This document shows, in pieces, positions 42,898-52,413 of a DNA stretch of 64,000 nucleotides. The stretch lies in NCBI GenBank assembly GCA_963738505.1, contig CAVTWR010000002.1, positions 20,278-84,277 of the forward strand, in the 5' to 3' direction. The stretch is from an uncultured Actinomycetes bacterium (GTDB taxonomy: Bacteria; Actinomycetota; Thermoleophilia; Gaiellales; Gaiellaceae). The position numbers were made by a program, and so were the translations under genes. The notes under the pieces are model-generated. The model did no database searches and was not told the origin of the DNA. It was given only the letters and a program-made list of their open reading frames with translations. Each line of letters begins with the position of its first letter. The first letter of the stretch is position 1.

Positions 42898-44952
42898 CTA
42901 GGCGTGCACCTCTTCGAGTCGCTCGAGCTCGCCCTCGTAGATGTATCGCTCCTCGGGATCCCACAGTTCGCGGCCGGCGAGTTCTCCCTCGTAGATCGCG
43001 TGGTCGATCTTGCGCGGCGCGACACAGTCGCCGATCCGGTGTAGATCCTCGACGGTGCCCTTGAGGGCGAAGTACAGCGCGTCGTTCGCCTTCGGTCCCG
43101 TCGCGAGTACCACGGCGTCGACACCCTCGAGCGCGGTCTCCCGACCGGTGTACAGGTTCACCGTGCGCACGGTGCCGCCCTCGATCGCGGTTGCCCAGTG
43201 GTTGACACGGTCGGTGAGACCCTTCGTCATCAGGCGTCCATACAGCGTGACCATGTCCAGCGTCGTGAACGTGCCGGGGAAGAGGGCGTTGAAAGGGGTC
43301 ACGATCTCCACCTGTTTGCCCCGATCCAGCAACACCTCGCACGTGCCCGCGGCGTAGCGGCCACCGTCGCCGTCGAGCACGACCACCCGGCTGCCGGCGA
43401 CGTCGCCCCCGGCAATCACGTCCCAGGCGTGAAGCACGTGAGGCTGATCGACTCCGGGGAGGATGTCAACCAGCGGGTTCATCGTCGAGAACCCCGAACG
43501 GTCGGGTACCGCTCCGGTCGCCAGGATCACGCCGTCGGCAGAGAGTGCGCGGACGAGCTCCGCTGTGGCCTCGGTGCTCACGCGGATCTCGACACCCTGC
43601 TTGGCCAGCAGCCGCTCGAGGTCGCTGCGCACGTGGCCGAAGTCTGCACGGCCCGGCGTGCGCGTGATGAGGTTGATCTGACCGCCGAGCTCCTCCCCGC
43701 GCTCGAGTAGCGTCACCGCGTGACCGCGGCGTGAGAGGGTGAGAGCTGCACGCATCCCCGCCGGGCCACCCCCGACCACGACCCACGTCCCCGGCCGGTC
43801 GGCCGGAACGAGGGTGCCTTCGCCGAAACGGCCTTCGCGGCCGGCGGCGGGGTTCACGGTGCAGGTGATCGGCAGGCCCTTGAAGACTCGTCCAATGCAG
43901 CCCTGGTTGCCACGGATGCAGTGCACGATCTCGTCGGCACGGCCGTCCATGGCCTTCCGTGCAAAGAAGGGGTCGGCGATCTGAGCTCGTGTCATCGCCA
44001 CCATGTCGGCCTTGCCGGTAGCCACAATCTCTTCGGCGAGCGCCGGGTCCTTGATCCCGCCGACCGTGAACACGGGGAGCGAGACTGCGTTCTTCACCTT
44101 CGCCGTCAGCTCGACCAGGTAGCCGTCGGGGTGGTCGGACGGCTCGATCGCCCTGTGGATGTTGTGGTAGCCGGCAGCAGAGACGTTGACGAAATCGATC
44201 TTCCCGTCGGCCTCGAGCAGCCGGGCGACCTCGACGCCATCGTCCTCGTCGAGCGCACCCGGAATGAAGTCGGTGAGGGAGAGGCGGATACCGACCACCC
44301 AGTCGTCACCGACCCGGCGCCGCACCTCCGCGATCACCTCGCGCGTGAAGCGGAGCCGGTTCTCGAGCGTGCCGCCGTACTCGTCGTCGCGCTTGTTGTA
44401 GATGGGGGAGAGGAACTGGTGCAGCAGGTACGAGTGGGCGATGTGCACCTCGGTGCCGTCGAAGCCGCTGTCGCGCGTGAGTTCTGCGCACCGACCCCAC
44501 CAGCTGACGACCTCGTCGATGTCCTCCCTCTCCATGACCTTCGGCGTTTCCCCGTACGCAGGCGACTTCACGGCCGAAGGCCCCCAGTTGACGCGGAAGT
44601 CGTCGCCCGAGTCGCTCGTGGCGTTGAGGCCGAAGTGGTTGAGCTGCTCGAAGATGAGCGCGCCGTGCTCGTGGACACCGTCGGCGATCCTTCGGTTCAC
44701 CTCGCGTGCCTGGTCGAGGAAGGCGAACGCAAAGCGCGGCATGCCGGTGAACGAGGACGGGTGGACCAGCCGGTTGCCCGTGATCAACAGGGCGGCGCCG
44801 CCCTTGGCGCGCTCCACCTGATAGTCGACGTTGCGCTGTGAATCCACGCCTCCCCAGGCAAAGAGCTTCACGTGCGCGGTTTGCATCACTCGGTTGCGAG
44901 CGGTGACGCCGCCGATCGCGAGCGGGCTGAACAGGTTCGGGTAGGCGCTCAT
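42898..44952 (-). CDS. NADH:flavin oxidoreductase (OYE/FadH-like, Fe-S and FAD domains)
   Basis: HSYLLHQFLSP...NKRDDEYGG, CIRGNQGC...CTVNP and GGGPAG motifs. Confidence 0.92.
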   Translation of the reverse strand: MSAYPNLFSPLAIGGVTARNRVMQTAHVKLFAWGGVDSQRNVDYQVERAKGGAALLITGNRLVHPSSFTGMPRFAFAFLDQAREVNRRIADGVHEHGALIFEQLNHFGLNATSDSGDDFRVNWGPSAVKSPAYGETPKVMEREDIDEVVSWWGRCAELTRDSGFDGTEVHIAHSYLLHQFLSPIYNKRDDEYGGTLENRLRFTREVIAEVRRRVGDDWVVGIRLSLTDFIPGALDEDDGVEVARLLEADGKIDFVNVSAAGYHNIHRAIEPSDHPDGYLVELTAKVKNAVSLPVFTVGGIKDPALAEEIVATGKADMVAMTRAQIADPFFARKAMDGRADEIVHCIRGNQGCIGRVFKGLPITCTVNPAAGREGRFGEGTLVPADRPGTWVVVGGGPAGMRAALTLSRRGHAVTLLERGEELGGQINLITRTPGRADFGHVRSDLERLLAKQGVEIRVSTEATAELVRALSADGVILATGAVPDRSGFSTMNPLVDILPGVDQPHVLHAWDVIAGGDVAGSRVVVLDGDGGRYAAGTCEVLLDRGKQVEIVTPFNALFPGTFTTLDMVTLYGRLMTKGLTDRVNHWATAIEGGTVRTVNLYTGRETALEGVDAVVLATGPKANDALYFALKGTVEDLHRIGDCVAPRKIDHAIYEGELAGRELWDPEERYIYEGELERLEEVHA

Positions 44953-45033
44953 CTCGACCTCCTGGGGTGGGTGGGCCGAATGTATGACACCGGCGGCCAT
45001 GCTGCAATCCGCCTTCCCGCTGCGGCCCCCGGG

Positions 45034-46215
45034 TCAGGCGGTGTGGCCGACGGCCTCGCGCAACCGGGCGAGGTCGGCATGCCGTGAGGCGATGTCGTCG
45101 CGCGGGGCGGCCCGGCGCAGATCGCGCAGCGTCTCCAGCGTGCGCAGCAGGACCGGCAACGGAGGGCCGCTCGCCGTGACCTGCGCCAGATGCTTGTCGG
45201 CCAGTGAGCCTGACGGACCGGAGATGAACCGCGAGACCAGCTGGTCATGGTGCTGGGCGGCCGTTCGGCCGTGCGCATCGCACACGGCGAGGAACGCCGC
45301 CGCGTTCCGCTGGAACCAGGGTGCCGCGCCGCTTGTGTCGAGGCAGTCGAGAAGCTCGTCGAGGAGGCTGCGGTGGCGCAAGGTGTCGCGCAGAGCGGCC
45401 TGATCGGCTGGCAGCATGTACAGCATCTTCTCCACGAGCAGCTGCGAGTAATAGGGGTCGTTGCCTCGACACAGCCCGAGCAGCAGGTCGATCTCGTTGA
45501 TTCCGGAGAAGTCGCCGGCGTTGGCGCCGCGGTACTCGACGCGACCGACCCGGTAGGGCTTGTAGTAGGGGCGCACGCTGTAGAAGAAGCGGTCGGTGTC
45601 GAGCTGCGAGAACAGCACCTCGTTCCAGCGCGCCACCTCCTCCAGCGCCTCGCGGGCGACCCCGAACAGCGTCTCCGCCACCGTGTGCGAGACACCGAGC
45701 GGGACGATGCGCGTCAGCGCGTCGGCCGCACGCTTGTAGGCGAAGATGCCGCGGGTGTTGTAGTCGATGAACACGAACTCGTCCGCGAGCGAGGTGAAGC
45801 TCTTCTGCTTCCCGTCACGGGCCGGGTTGTGTGTCGAGAGGTGGCTCGTGGCGAAGCGGGGCGCGACCCCCAGTGAGGCTCCGATGTGCATGCCGAGCGT
45901 GGAGGCCTCCTCGTGCGGCGAGCGCTCCTCGCGTGCCGGGTTCGTCAGCTCATGGCGGCGGAGCGAGGCCATGTAGAGGCCGAGGTTGCCGAGCAGGTCG
46001 AACGCGCGATCGAAGCCCTCGTCGGTGTTCCCCTCGATCTGCAGCGCACGGACATACGCTCGACCCTCCTCCAGGATCTGCTGCTTGAGGTCGTCGCCCA
46101 CACCCTCGACGGCGGCGCGATCCTCGTGCGCGAAGTACAGCTCCTCGAGCGCGGTGTTCAGTTCGACGAACGTCGACCGGATCCACGCGTCGAAGGTTTC
46201 AGCGTTGACGCTCAT
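45034..46215 (-). CDS. PrnB-family (DUF1864) heme-dependent tryptophan dioxygenase-like protein
   Basis: FFYSVRPYYKPYRVG...YRGANAGDF and TASGPPL motifs. Confidence 0.8.
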   Translation of the reverse strand: MSVNAETFDAWIRSTFVELNTALEELYFAHEDRAAVEGVGDDLKQQILEEGRAYVRALQIEGNTDEGFDRAFDLLGNLGLYMASLRRHELTNPAREERSPHEEASTLGMHIGASLGVAPRFATSHLSTHNPARDGKQKSFTSLADEFVFIDYNTRGIFAYKRAADALTRIVPLGVSHTVAETLFGVAREALEEVARWNEVLFSQLDTDRFFYSVRPYYKPYRVGRVEYRGANAGDFSGINEIDLLLGLCRGNDPYYSQLLVEKMLYMLPADQAALRDTLRHRSLLDELLDCLDTSGAAPWFQRNAAAFLAVCDAHGRTAAQHHDQLVSRFISGPSGSLADKHLAQVTASGPPLPVLLRTLETLRDLRRAAPRDDIASRHADLARLREAVGHTA

Positions 46216-46234
46216 CGCTTCGAACAGTACTGCG

Positions 46235-46651
46235 CTACCGGCGGGTGTACTCGAGATCCATCAGCGGGCTCGAGAGCAGGAAGTCGGCGGTGGCGCGGTT
46301 GCACGCGATCGGCACGTCATGGACGACCGCGATGCGGAGCAGGGCCTTGACGTCGACATCGTGCGGGTGCGGTTCGAAGGGATCCGAGAAGAACACGACC
46401 ATGTCGATCCGTCCTTCGGCGATCCCCGCCCCGACCTGCTGGTCACCCCCGAGCGGGCCGCTCAGGTAGCGGTGCACCTCGAGGCCGATCTCGTCGACCA
46501 GCAGGCCGCCGGTGGTCCCGGTTGCGAAGAGGGTGTGACCGGTGAGCGCCTTGCGGTTCTCGCCCGCCCACTCGACCATCTCGCGTTTGCGGTTGTCGTG
46601 GGCGATCAGCGCGATGCGCTTCACCGCCGGGATCGGACCAGGCTTCTGCAT
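46235..46651 (-). CDS. mgsA: Methylglyoxal synthase
   Basis: [22 protein letters not shown] and [10 protein letters not shown] motifs. Confidence 0.95.
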   Translation of the reverse strand: MQKPGPIPAVKRIALIAHDNRKREMVEWAGENRKALTGHTLFATGTTGGLLVDEIGLEVHRYLSGPLGGDQQVGAGIAEGRIDMVVFFSDPFEPHPHDVDVKALLRIAVVHDVPIACNRATADFLLSSPLMDLEYTRR

Positions 46652-46749
46652 CCGCCCAGTCTGACAGGACGGCCTGGCGGCGACGGTGGCGATGCGGTGG
46701 CCGTTCCGCGTCGATCGTGACCCCCTCCTCGTCTGGCACGATAACCACG

Positions 46750-47001
46750 ATGGCCGCCGCGCCCCGAATCCGTATCGAGTACTGCGTGCCCTGAAGCGCG
46801 CGGCCGTACGCCTCCGGTCTGGCGGCGCTCCTGCTCGAGAAGTACGAACGCGCGATCGGCGGCATCGAGGTCGTTCCCGGCGCCGCCGGCATCTTCGACG
46901 TCCACGTCGACGGCGAGCTCGTGTTCACCAAGTCGATGCTCGGGCGCTACCCCGAACCGGACGAGGTCGAGCCGCTGGTCGGGGCCGCGCTCGGCCGCTG
47001 A
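46750..47001 (+). CDS. Rdx-family (SelT/SelW/SelH) selenoprotein with CxxU motif
   Basis: [22 protein letters not shown]...[27 protein letters not shown]; TGA at 46792-46794 occupies the Sec position; not in the ORF track. Confidence 0.85.
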
Positions 47002-47147
47002 GGCTCCTACGCTGCGCCCGGCGCCGGCGGGATGATGCCCCGTCTCGTCACCGTTTCGAGGAAACGTGGTGACAGTACGGTAAACGCGGTGCAAAGCCGC
47101 CCGCAAACGGCATGATTCGTCCGCCCGGCGGGCTACACGTGAACGGG

Positions 47148-49400
47148 ATGGCTGCGCTCTGCGATCTCCACGTCCACTCGCGTTTCTCCACCGAGAGCGG
47201 AAACTTCGCGCTGCAGAGGGCGCGGCTCGGCGAGTCGTACACGGATCCCGAGCGGATCTACCGCGTGTGCAGGGCTCGAGGCATGCGCTTCGTCACGATC
47301 AGCGACCACAACACCGTCGCCGGTGCGCTTGGCATCGCCCACTTGCCGGACACGTTCCTCTCGGTGGAGGTCACGACGCGCTTCCCGGAGGACGATCTTC
47401 CGCTGCACGTCCTCGTCTGGAACCTGACCGAGGAGGATCACCGCGATCTCCAGCCGTACCGCAGCTCGGTCTACGAGCTGCAGGCGTTCCTCGCCGACCG
47501 CAAGCTGGCCCACGGTCTCGCGCATCCGCTCTACCGGATGGGGCCGCCGATCACGGTCTCGCACGTCGAGCGGATGATGCTGCTGTTCGGTGTCTGGGAA
47601 GGTCGGAACGGCGGCCGGCCCCGCGAGCACAACGAGACCGCGTGCCGGCTGGCGCGGTCGGTCTCGCCCGGGTATCTGGAAAAGCTCGCCGAGCGGCACG
47701 ACCTCGCACCGCGACATGGCGGCCGGATCGCCCTCGTCGGCGGTTCGGACGACCACGGCGCGCTCGACATCGCGACGACCTGGACCGATGTCGAAGCCGA
47801 CGCCGCCACCGTCGAGGAGTTCTTCTGCGCACTCGCCCGCGGTGACGCCGTCGCCCGCGGCGCCCACGGCTCGCCCGAGAAGCTGGCGCACGCGATCATG
47901 GCGCTGTTCGCGAACGCGTACCGGGAGAGCGGCGGGCGGCTGGCCGCCCCGCTCGACTCCCTCGTCGCGCACCTCTTCGACAGCGACGCCGAGGACGACG
48001 AGCAGCGCCATACGGAGATCACCTCGAGCGGCGGATCGATCACGCGCTGGCTGGGAGAACGGGCGCGCGAGGGCGGCCTGGAGCTCGAGTCGGTGCCCGA
48101 GATCGGGGCGCGGCTGGCCCGCCTCGCCTTCGCTGTGGCGGTGCAGCTGCCGTTCCTGGCCACGGCGCACCATCACGCCGGAGCGCGGCGCGACCTGCAC
48201 CAGTTGCGGGAGGCTTTCTACGGGGAAGCCGTGTCCGTCCGCGAGCCACGCGCGCTCCTGTTCACGGACACGATTGCCGAGACGAACGGGGTCGCCGGCA
48301 CCATGCGGCGCCTGGCCGCCCTCGGCGATCCCCGCATCGGCGTCGTCTCGGCTGGAGCCGGGAACGGCGCGGCGGGTGCGCACACCCTTGTTCCCGAGTG
48401 GTCGCTGCCGCTACCGACCTCGGAGCACATCGAGCTCCACTTCCCGAACCTGCTCGAGGTCCTGCGGCTCGTCCAGGAGCACAAGCCGGATGTGATCCAG
48501 CTGGCCACACCCGGCCCCGTGGGGCTCTGCGGCCTCGTCGTGGCCAAGCTCCTCGGCATCCCCGTGATCGGCTCGTACCACACCGAGCTCGGGCCGTACG
48601 CCCTGCATCTCACGCGCGACCTCGTCGTGGCCGAGGCCATCGGCATGTACGTCGACTGGTTCTACGGCCGTTGCGACGCAACTCTGGCACCGACGATCTC
48701 GGTCGCCGAGCGCCTCGTGGAGCGGGGCGTGAGCGGCCGCGAGCTGATCTGGGCCCGCGGCGTGGACAGCGAGCTATTCACCCCTCTGCGCCGCGACCCG
48801 CGCGTGAGAGAGGAGCTGTTCGGCGAGGCCGAGTCCGTGCTGCTCTCCGTCGGCCGGGTTTCGGCCGAGAAGCGCCTCGACGTCCTGCTCGACGCATACC
48901 GGAGGTTGGGGAAGCGGCCGGGCACGATTCTCGCCGTCGTCGGCGACGGCCCGGCTCGTGCCGATCTGGAGCGGACGGCGCCCGGGGGGACGCTGTTCCT
49001 CGGCGAGCTGCGCGCGGAGGCGCTCGCGGACGCATACGCCAACGCCGACATCTTCTGCTTCCCGAGCACGACCGACACGTTCGGGCAAGTGCTGCTCGAG
49101 GCGGGCGCCTCGGGGCTGCCCGTGGTGGCCGCGGCCGCCGGCGGCGCACTCGATCTCGTCCGGCCCGGTGCCACCGGCCTTCTGGTCGATCCCGACGATC
49201 CGGAACGGCTGGGCGAGGCCATTCTTACGCTGCTCGAGTCTCGGGGAGCGCGCCAGTCGCTGGGAGCGGGCGGGCGCGCGGCGGCGATGGAGCAGACCTG
49301 GGAGCGCTCGTTCGAGCAGTTGCGCGAGGTTCATCGAACCCTGCTGGGGAAGGAGTCGCGGCCGTCCCGCAACGGCAGCCTCGCGAGGTCCTCGACTTGA
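47148..49400 (+). CDS. PHP-domain / GT4 glycosyltransferase fusion
   Basis: DLHVHS, ISDHN, AHP and GGSDDH, followed by VGRVSAEK and DTFGQVLLEA. Confidence 0.88.
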   Translation: MAALCDLHVHSRFSTESGNFALQRARLGESYTDPERIYRVCRARGMRFVTISDHNTVAGALGIAHLPDTFLSVEVTTRFPEDDLPLHVLVWNLTEEDHRDLQPYRSSVYELQAFLADRKLAHGLAHPLYRMGPPITVSHVERMMLLFGVWEGRNGGRPREHNETACRLARSVSPGYLEKLAERHDLAPRHGGRIALVGGSDDHGALDIATTWTDVEADAATVEEFFCALARGDAVARGAHGSPEKLAHAIMALFANAYRESGGRLAAPLDSLVAHLFDSDAEDDEQRHTEITSSGGSITRWLGERAREGGLELESVPEIGARLARLAFAVAVQLPFLATAHHHAGARRDLHQLREAFYGEAVSVREPRALLFTDTIAETNGVAGTMRRLAALGDPRIGVVSAGAGNGAAGAHTLVPEWSLPLPTSEHIELHFPNLLEVLRLVQEHKPDVIQLATPGPVGLCGLVVAKLLGIPVIGSYHTELGPYALHLTRDLVVAEAIGMYVDWFYGRCDATLAPTISVAERLVERGVSGRELIWARGVDSELFTPLRRDPRVREELFGEAESVLLSVGRVSAEKRLDVLLDAYRRLGKRPGTILAVVGDGPARADLERTAPGGTLFLGELRAEALADAYANADIFCFPSTTDTFGQVLLEAGASGLPVVAAAAGGALDLVRPGATGLLVDPDDPERLGEAILTLLESRGARQSLGAGGRAAAMEQTWERSFEQLREVHRTLLGKESRPSRNGSLARSST

Positions 49401-49430
49401 CGTACGCGTCGGGCCTGGCACGCTGTTGCG

Positions 49431-50081
49431 ATGCCGGTTCCGACCAGGATCTTCGTGCCCGGCTTCGCGGCCCGGTGCGGCGCCTACGCCCCGGGGTTGC
49501 CGGACGGCTGGATCGCCCTGCAACCGCCGATCCCGGCCTGCGGCGGCTCGTTGCGGGCGCTGACCGGGTGGCTGGCCGGCGAGTTGGAGCGGCGGCCCGC
49601 GCCGGCGCTGGTCGCCGGGCACTCGATGGGTGGGGCGCTGGCCATGCTCGTAGCGGCGGAACGCCCAGACCTCGTCTCCGGCCTGATCCTCCTGGCTCCG
49701 GCCGGCCTGCCGCTGGTCAAGCCCGTCAGTGCGTGCGTTCGCGACTTCGTGATCCAGAGCGTACGCGGGACGCACCGGCTGCGCGACATCGGATCGTCGG
49801 CCGCCGAGCTGCTGCGGAATCCGCCTGCGACGAGGAGGCTGATCCGGGAGCTGCGCACCCTCGATCTCTCGATCGAGATGGTACGGCTCCGCAGGCGCCG
49901 GGTGCCGGCCGCGGTCATCGGCTGTGTCGAGGACACGCTGGTCACCTCTGACCACTGCCTGCGCGCAGCCGCGCTGCTCGGAGCGAGGTACCGCGAGGTC
50001 CGGTGCTCGGCCGGCCACGTCTGGCCGATCTCGGCGCCGGCGCTGCTCAGCGGGACGCTGACCCCGCACGTGCTGGTCTAG
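49431..50081 (+). CDS. Alpha/beta hydrolase
   Basis: GHSMGG nucleophile elbow, D(T)LV and AGH. Confidence 0.8.
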   Translation: MPVPTRIFVPGFAARCGAYAPGLPDGWIALQPPIPACGGSLRALTGWLAGELERRPAPALVAGHSMGGALAMLVAAERPDLVSGLILLAPAGLPLVKPVSACVRDFVIQSVRGTHRLRDIGSSAAELLRNPPATRRLIRELRTLDLSIEMVRLRRRRVPAAVIGCVEDTLVTSDHCLRAAALLGARYREVRCSAGHVWPISAPALLSGTLTPHVLV

Positions 50082-50122
50082 CCCAGACGGGCTCCATCCA
50101 GCGTGCGTCGTAGACGCCTTAC

Positions 50123-50138
50123 GTAAGAATCTGCTTAC
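50123..50138. promoter_or_regulatory. Probable ArsR operator
   Basis: GTAAG-N6-CTTAC palindrome just upstream of the arsR-like ATG. Confidence 0.55.
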
Positions 50139-50146
50139 ATATAGGG

Positions 50147-50464
50147 ATGGACGCAGCACTGAAAGCACTGGCCGACCCGCGGCGCCGACGCATCCTGCGG
50201 CTCGTCCGCGGACGCGAGTTGCCGGCAGGGGAGATCGCAGCCCAGTTCGAGCTCAGCCGGCCGGCCATCTCCCAACACCTCCGTGTTCTCAAGGAGGCCG
50301 GTCTGCTGCAGGAGCGACGGGTGGCGACGAGTCGCCTGTACAGCGCACGCGAGGACGTACTGAGGCGCGTGATCTTGGAGCTTGAGACGTTCTGGGACGT
50401 GGCGCTCGCCGATCTCAAACGTGAGGCCGAGAAGGAACAGCGAGCGAGGAAGGGATCAGGGTGA
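50147..50464 (+). CDS. ArsR/SmtB regulator
   Basis: ALADPRRRRIL and SRPAISQHLRVLKEAGL motifs. Confidence 0.92.
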   Translation: MDAALKALADPRRRRILRLVRGRELPAGEIAAQFELSRPAISQHLRVLKEAGLLQERRVATSRLYSAREDVLRRVILELETFWDVALADLKREAEKEQRARKGSG

Positions 50465-50916
50465 GCGCGATCGAGGTGAACCACACGATCGAGATCGAAG
50501 CTGACCCGGAGGTCGTCTGGGGCTTCCTTGTCGATGCGGAGAAGATGCCGCGCTGGATGGGGGTCGCCGCGGAGCTCGACCCGCGACCCGGTGGGGTGTT
50601 CAGCGTGGACGTCCTGCCCGGGAGCGCGGCGCGGGGCACGTTCGTCGAGGTCGAGCCGGTGAGCCGGATCGTCTTCACCTGGGGCTGGGAGGGAACTCAG
50701 TTGGCTCCCGGCTCGACCACGATCACGGTGACGCTCGAGCCCACCGCCACGGGCACCCGTCTCACGCTCGTGCACGCCGGTCTCGACGCCGTGGGAGCCG
50801 AGCAGCACGACGTCGGCTGGGCGCACTACCTCGAGCGCCTGCGGGTGGCAGGCGGGGGTGGCGACCCAGGCCCCGACCCCTCACTGAGACGCGAAGAGGG
50901 GACAAGGCAGGCATGA
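50461..50916 (+). CDS. SRPBCC/AHSA1 domain protein
   Basis: RIVFTWGWE, GTRLTLVH and GWAHYLERL motifs. Confidence 0.88.
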   Translation: MSAIEVNHTIEIEADPEVVWGFLVDAEKMPRWMGVAAELDPRPGGVFSVDVLPGSAARGTFVEVEPVSRIVFTWGWEGTQLAPGSTTITVTLEPTATGTRLTLVHAGLDAVGAEQHDVGWAHYLERLRVAGGGGDPGPDPSLRREEGTRQA

Positions 50917-51620
50917 CCGGCCACATGGTGGGGACACGGGAGGAATGGCGGGCGGAGCGGCTCCTGCTGCTCGAGCGCGAGAAGCAGCTGACGCGGTTGC
51001 ACGACGAGATCGCGGCGGAGCGGAGGCGGCTGCCTTGGGTGCCGATCGAGAAGGACTACGTGTTCGAGACTCCCACTGGCGCAAAGCAGCTGGCACAGCT
51101 CTTCGACGGCCGTTCACAACTCGTCGTCTATCACTTCATGATGGGGCCCGACTGGACGGAGGGCTGCCCGCTCTGCTCGTTCTGGGCGGACACGTTCGCG
51201 GGTGGCATCCGGCACCTGCGACACCGTGACGTGACGATGATCGTCGTCTCTCGTGCGCCTTTGGCTGCCATCGACGCGTACCGGCGCCGCCTGGGATGGC
51301 AGTTCGAGTGGGTCTCCTCGGCCGGCAGCGACTTCAACGTCGACTTCGGCGTGTCAGCCACTCCCGATCAGCGCGAGCACGGCGGCGAGTACAACTTCCG
51401 GCAGCTCGAGCGGATGGGCGAGGAGCTACCGGGCCTCAGCTGTTTCGCGCTCACCGACGACGGCATCGTCTACCACACGTATTCCTGCTACGGGCGTGGG
51501 CTGGACGGGTTCAACGGGGCGTACCAGCTGCTCGATCTGGTGCCCAAGGGCCGGGACGAGGACGCGCTGGAGTGGCCGATGGCCTGGGTTCGCCGGCATG
51601 ATCGTTACGAGGCCGGCTAA
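50913..51620 (+). CDS. DUF899 thioredoxin-like protein
   Basis: RRRLPWV, LFDGRSQLVVYHFM, GCPLCS and PKGRDE motifs. Confidence 0.9.
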   Translation: MTGHMVGTREEWRAERLLLLEREKQLTRLHDEIAAERRRLPWVPIEKDYVFETPTGAKQLAQLFDGRSQLVVYHFMMGPDWTEGCPLCSFWADTFAGGIRHLRHRDVTMIVVSRAPLAAIDAYRRRLGWQFEWVSSAGSDFNVDFGVSATPDQREHGGEYNFRQLERMGEELPGLSCFALTDDGIVYHTYSCYGRGLDGFNGAYQLLDLVPKGRDEDALEWPMAWVRRHDRYEAG

Positions 51621-51847
51621 AGCCTGGATCCACCGCTTGGCGTGGGCGGTGCATCCTGCCAGGCCCGTCAGGGCGCTCCCCGACCGGGTGCAATCCCTCC
51701 GAAAGGGCGTGGAGGGCTTGCGCCCGGTCGGTGCGCTCCGCGCGCGGACAGCGTCGAACAGGCAACCAGCCTGCCCGACGTTGTCCGCGCACGTCCTGAC
51801 GACCCTGGCAGGCGCCCCGCGATCACGCCAATCGACGGATCCAGGCT
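51621..51847. other. 227-nt Y-shaped fold-back element (MITE or structured ncRNA)
   Basis: Terminal IR AGCCTGGATCC/GGATCCAGGCT, three further nested stems and two long apical hairpins. Confidence 0.7.
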
Positions 51848-51850
51848 AGG

Positions 51851-52288
51851 GTGGCCGTCGACGTCGTCACCGCGATCGAGATCGCGAAGCCGCGAGAGAC
51901 GGTGGCGGCCTACGCCGGTGATCCGGGCAACACGGCTGCGTGGTACGAGAACATCACGTCCGCCGAGTGGCGGAGCCCTGCTCCGCACGGCGTGGGGTCG
52001 GAGATCGCCTTCGTCGCCCGCTTTCTCGGCCGCACCCTCGCCTACACGTACACGATCGTGGAGTCCGTCCCGGGGGAACGGCTGGTCATGCGCACGTCGG
52101 AAGGCCCCTTCCCGATGGAGACGACCTATACCTGGGAGTCGACCGCCGCCGGCGGAACGAGAATGACGCTCCGCAACCGCGGCGAGCCGTCGGGGTTCTC
52201 CCGGCTGGCGGCACCGTTCCTGGAGCGCGCCATGCGGCGGGCGAGCACGAAGGATCTGCGGGCGCTGAAGCGGGTGCTGGAGCCCTAG
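51851..52288 (+). CDS. SRPBCC family protein
   Basis: WYENI, FVARFLGRTLAYTY, GPFPMETTYTW and RNRGEPSGF motifs. Confidence 0.88.
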   Translation: MAVDVVTAIEIAKPRETVAAYAGDPGNTAAWYENITSAEWRSPAPHGVGSEIAFVARFLGRTLAYTYTIVESVPGERLVMRTSEGPFPMETTYTWESTAAGGTRMTLRNRGEPSGFSRLAAPFLERAMRRASTKDLRALKRVLEP

Positions 52289-52331
52289 GAGGGCCGCTCC
52301 GCGGCGGGCGACCACGACTGGGTCCCGGGGT

Positions 52332-52386
52332 GCGAGCGCCGGGATGAGTTCCTCGTGAGTCCCTGAAGGAACCCACGACGCCCGGG
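52332..52386. repeat. REP-like element copy
   Basis: CTCGTGAGTCCCTGAAGGAACCCAC at 52352-52376 with conserved GCGAG..CCGGG and CGCCCGGG flanks. Confidence 0.85.
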
Positions 52387-52413
52387 CGGACAACGCCCGG
52401 GCGGCACACGTCC

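Noticed and set aside
47060-47110. PHO-box-like 11-bp periodic repeats upstream of the PHP-GT gene
   Set aside because: Matches are short and the spacing is inconsistent (11 then 12 bp).
51621-51847. SRP RNA, 6S RNA or tRNA identity for the Y-shaped element
   Set aside because: No SRP helix-8 motif, no large central bubble and no cloverleaf seen by eye.
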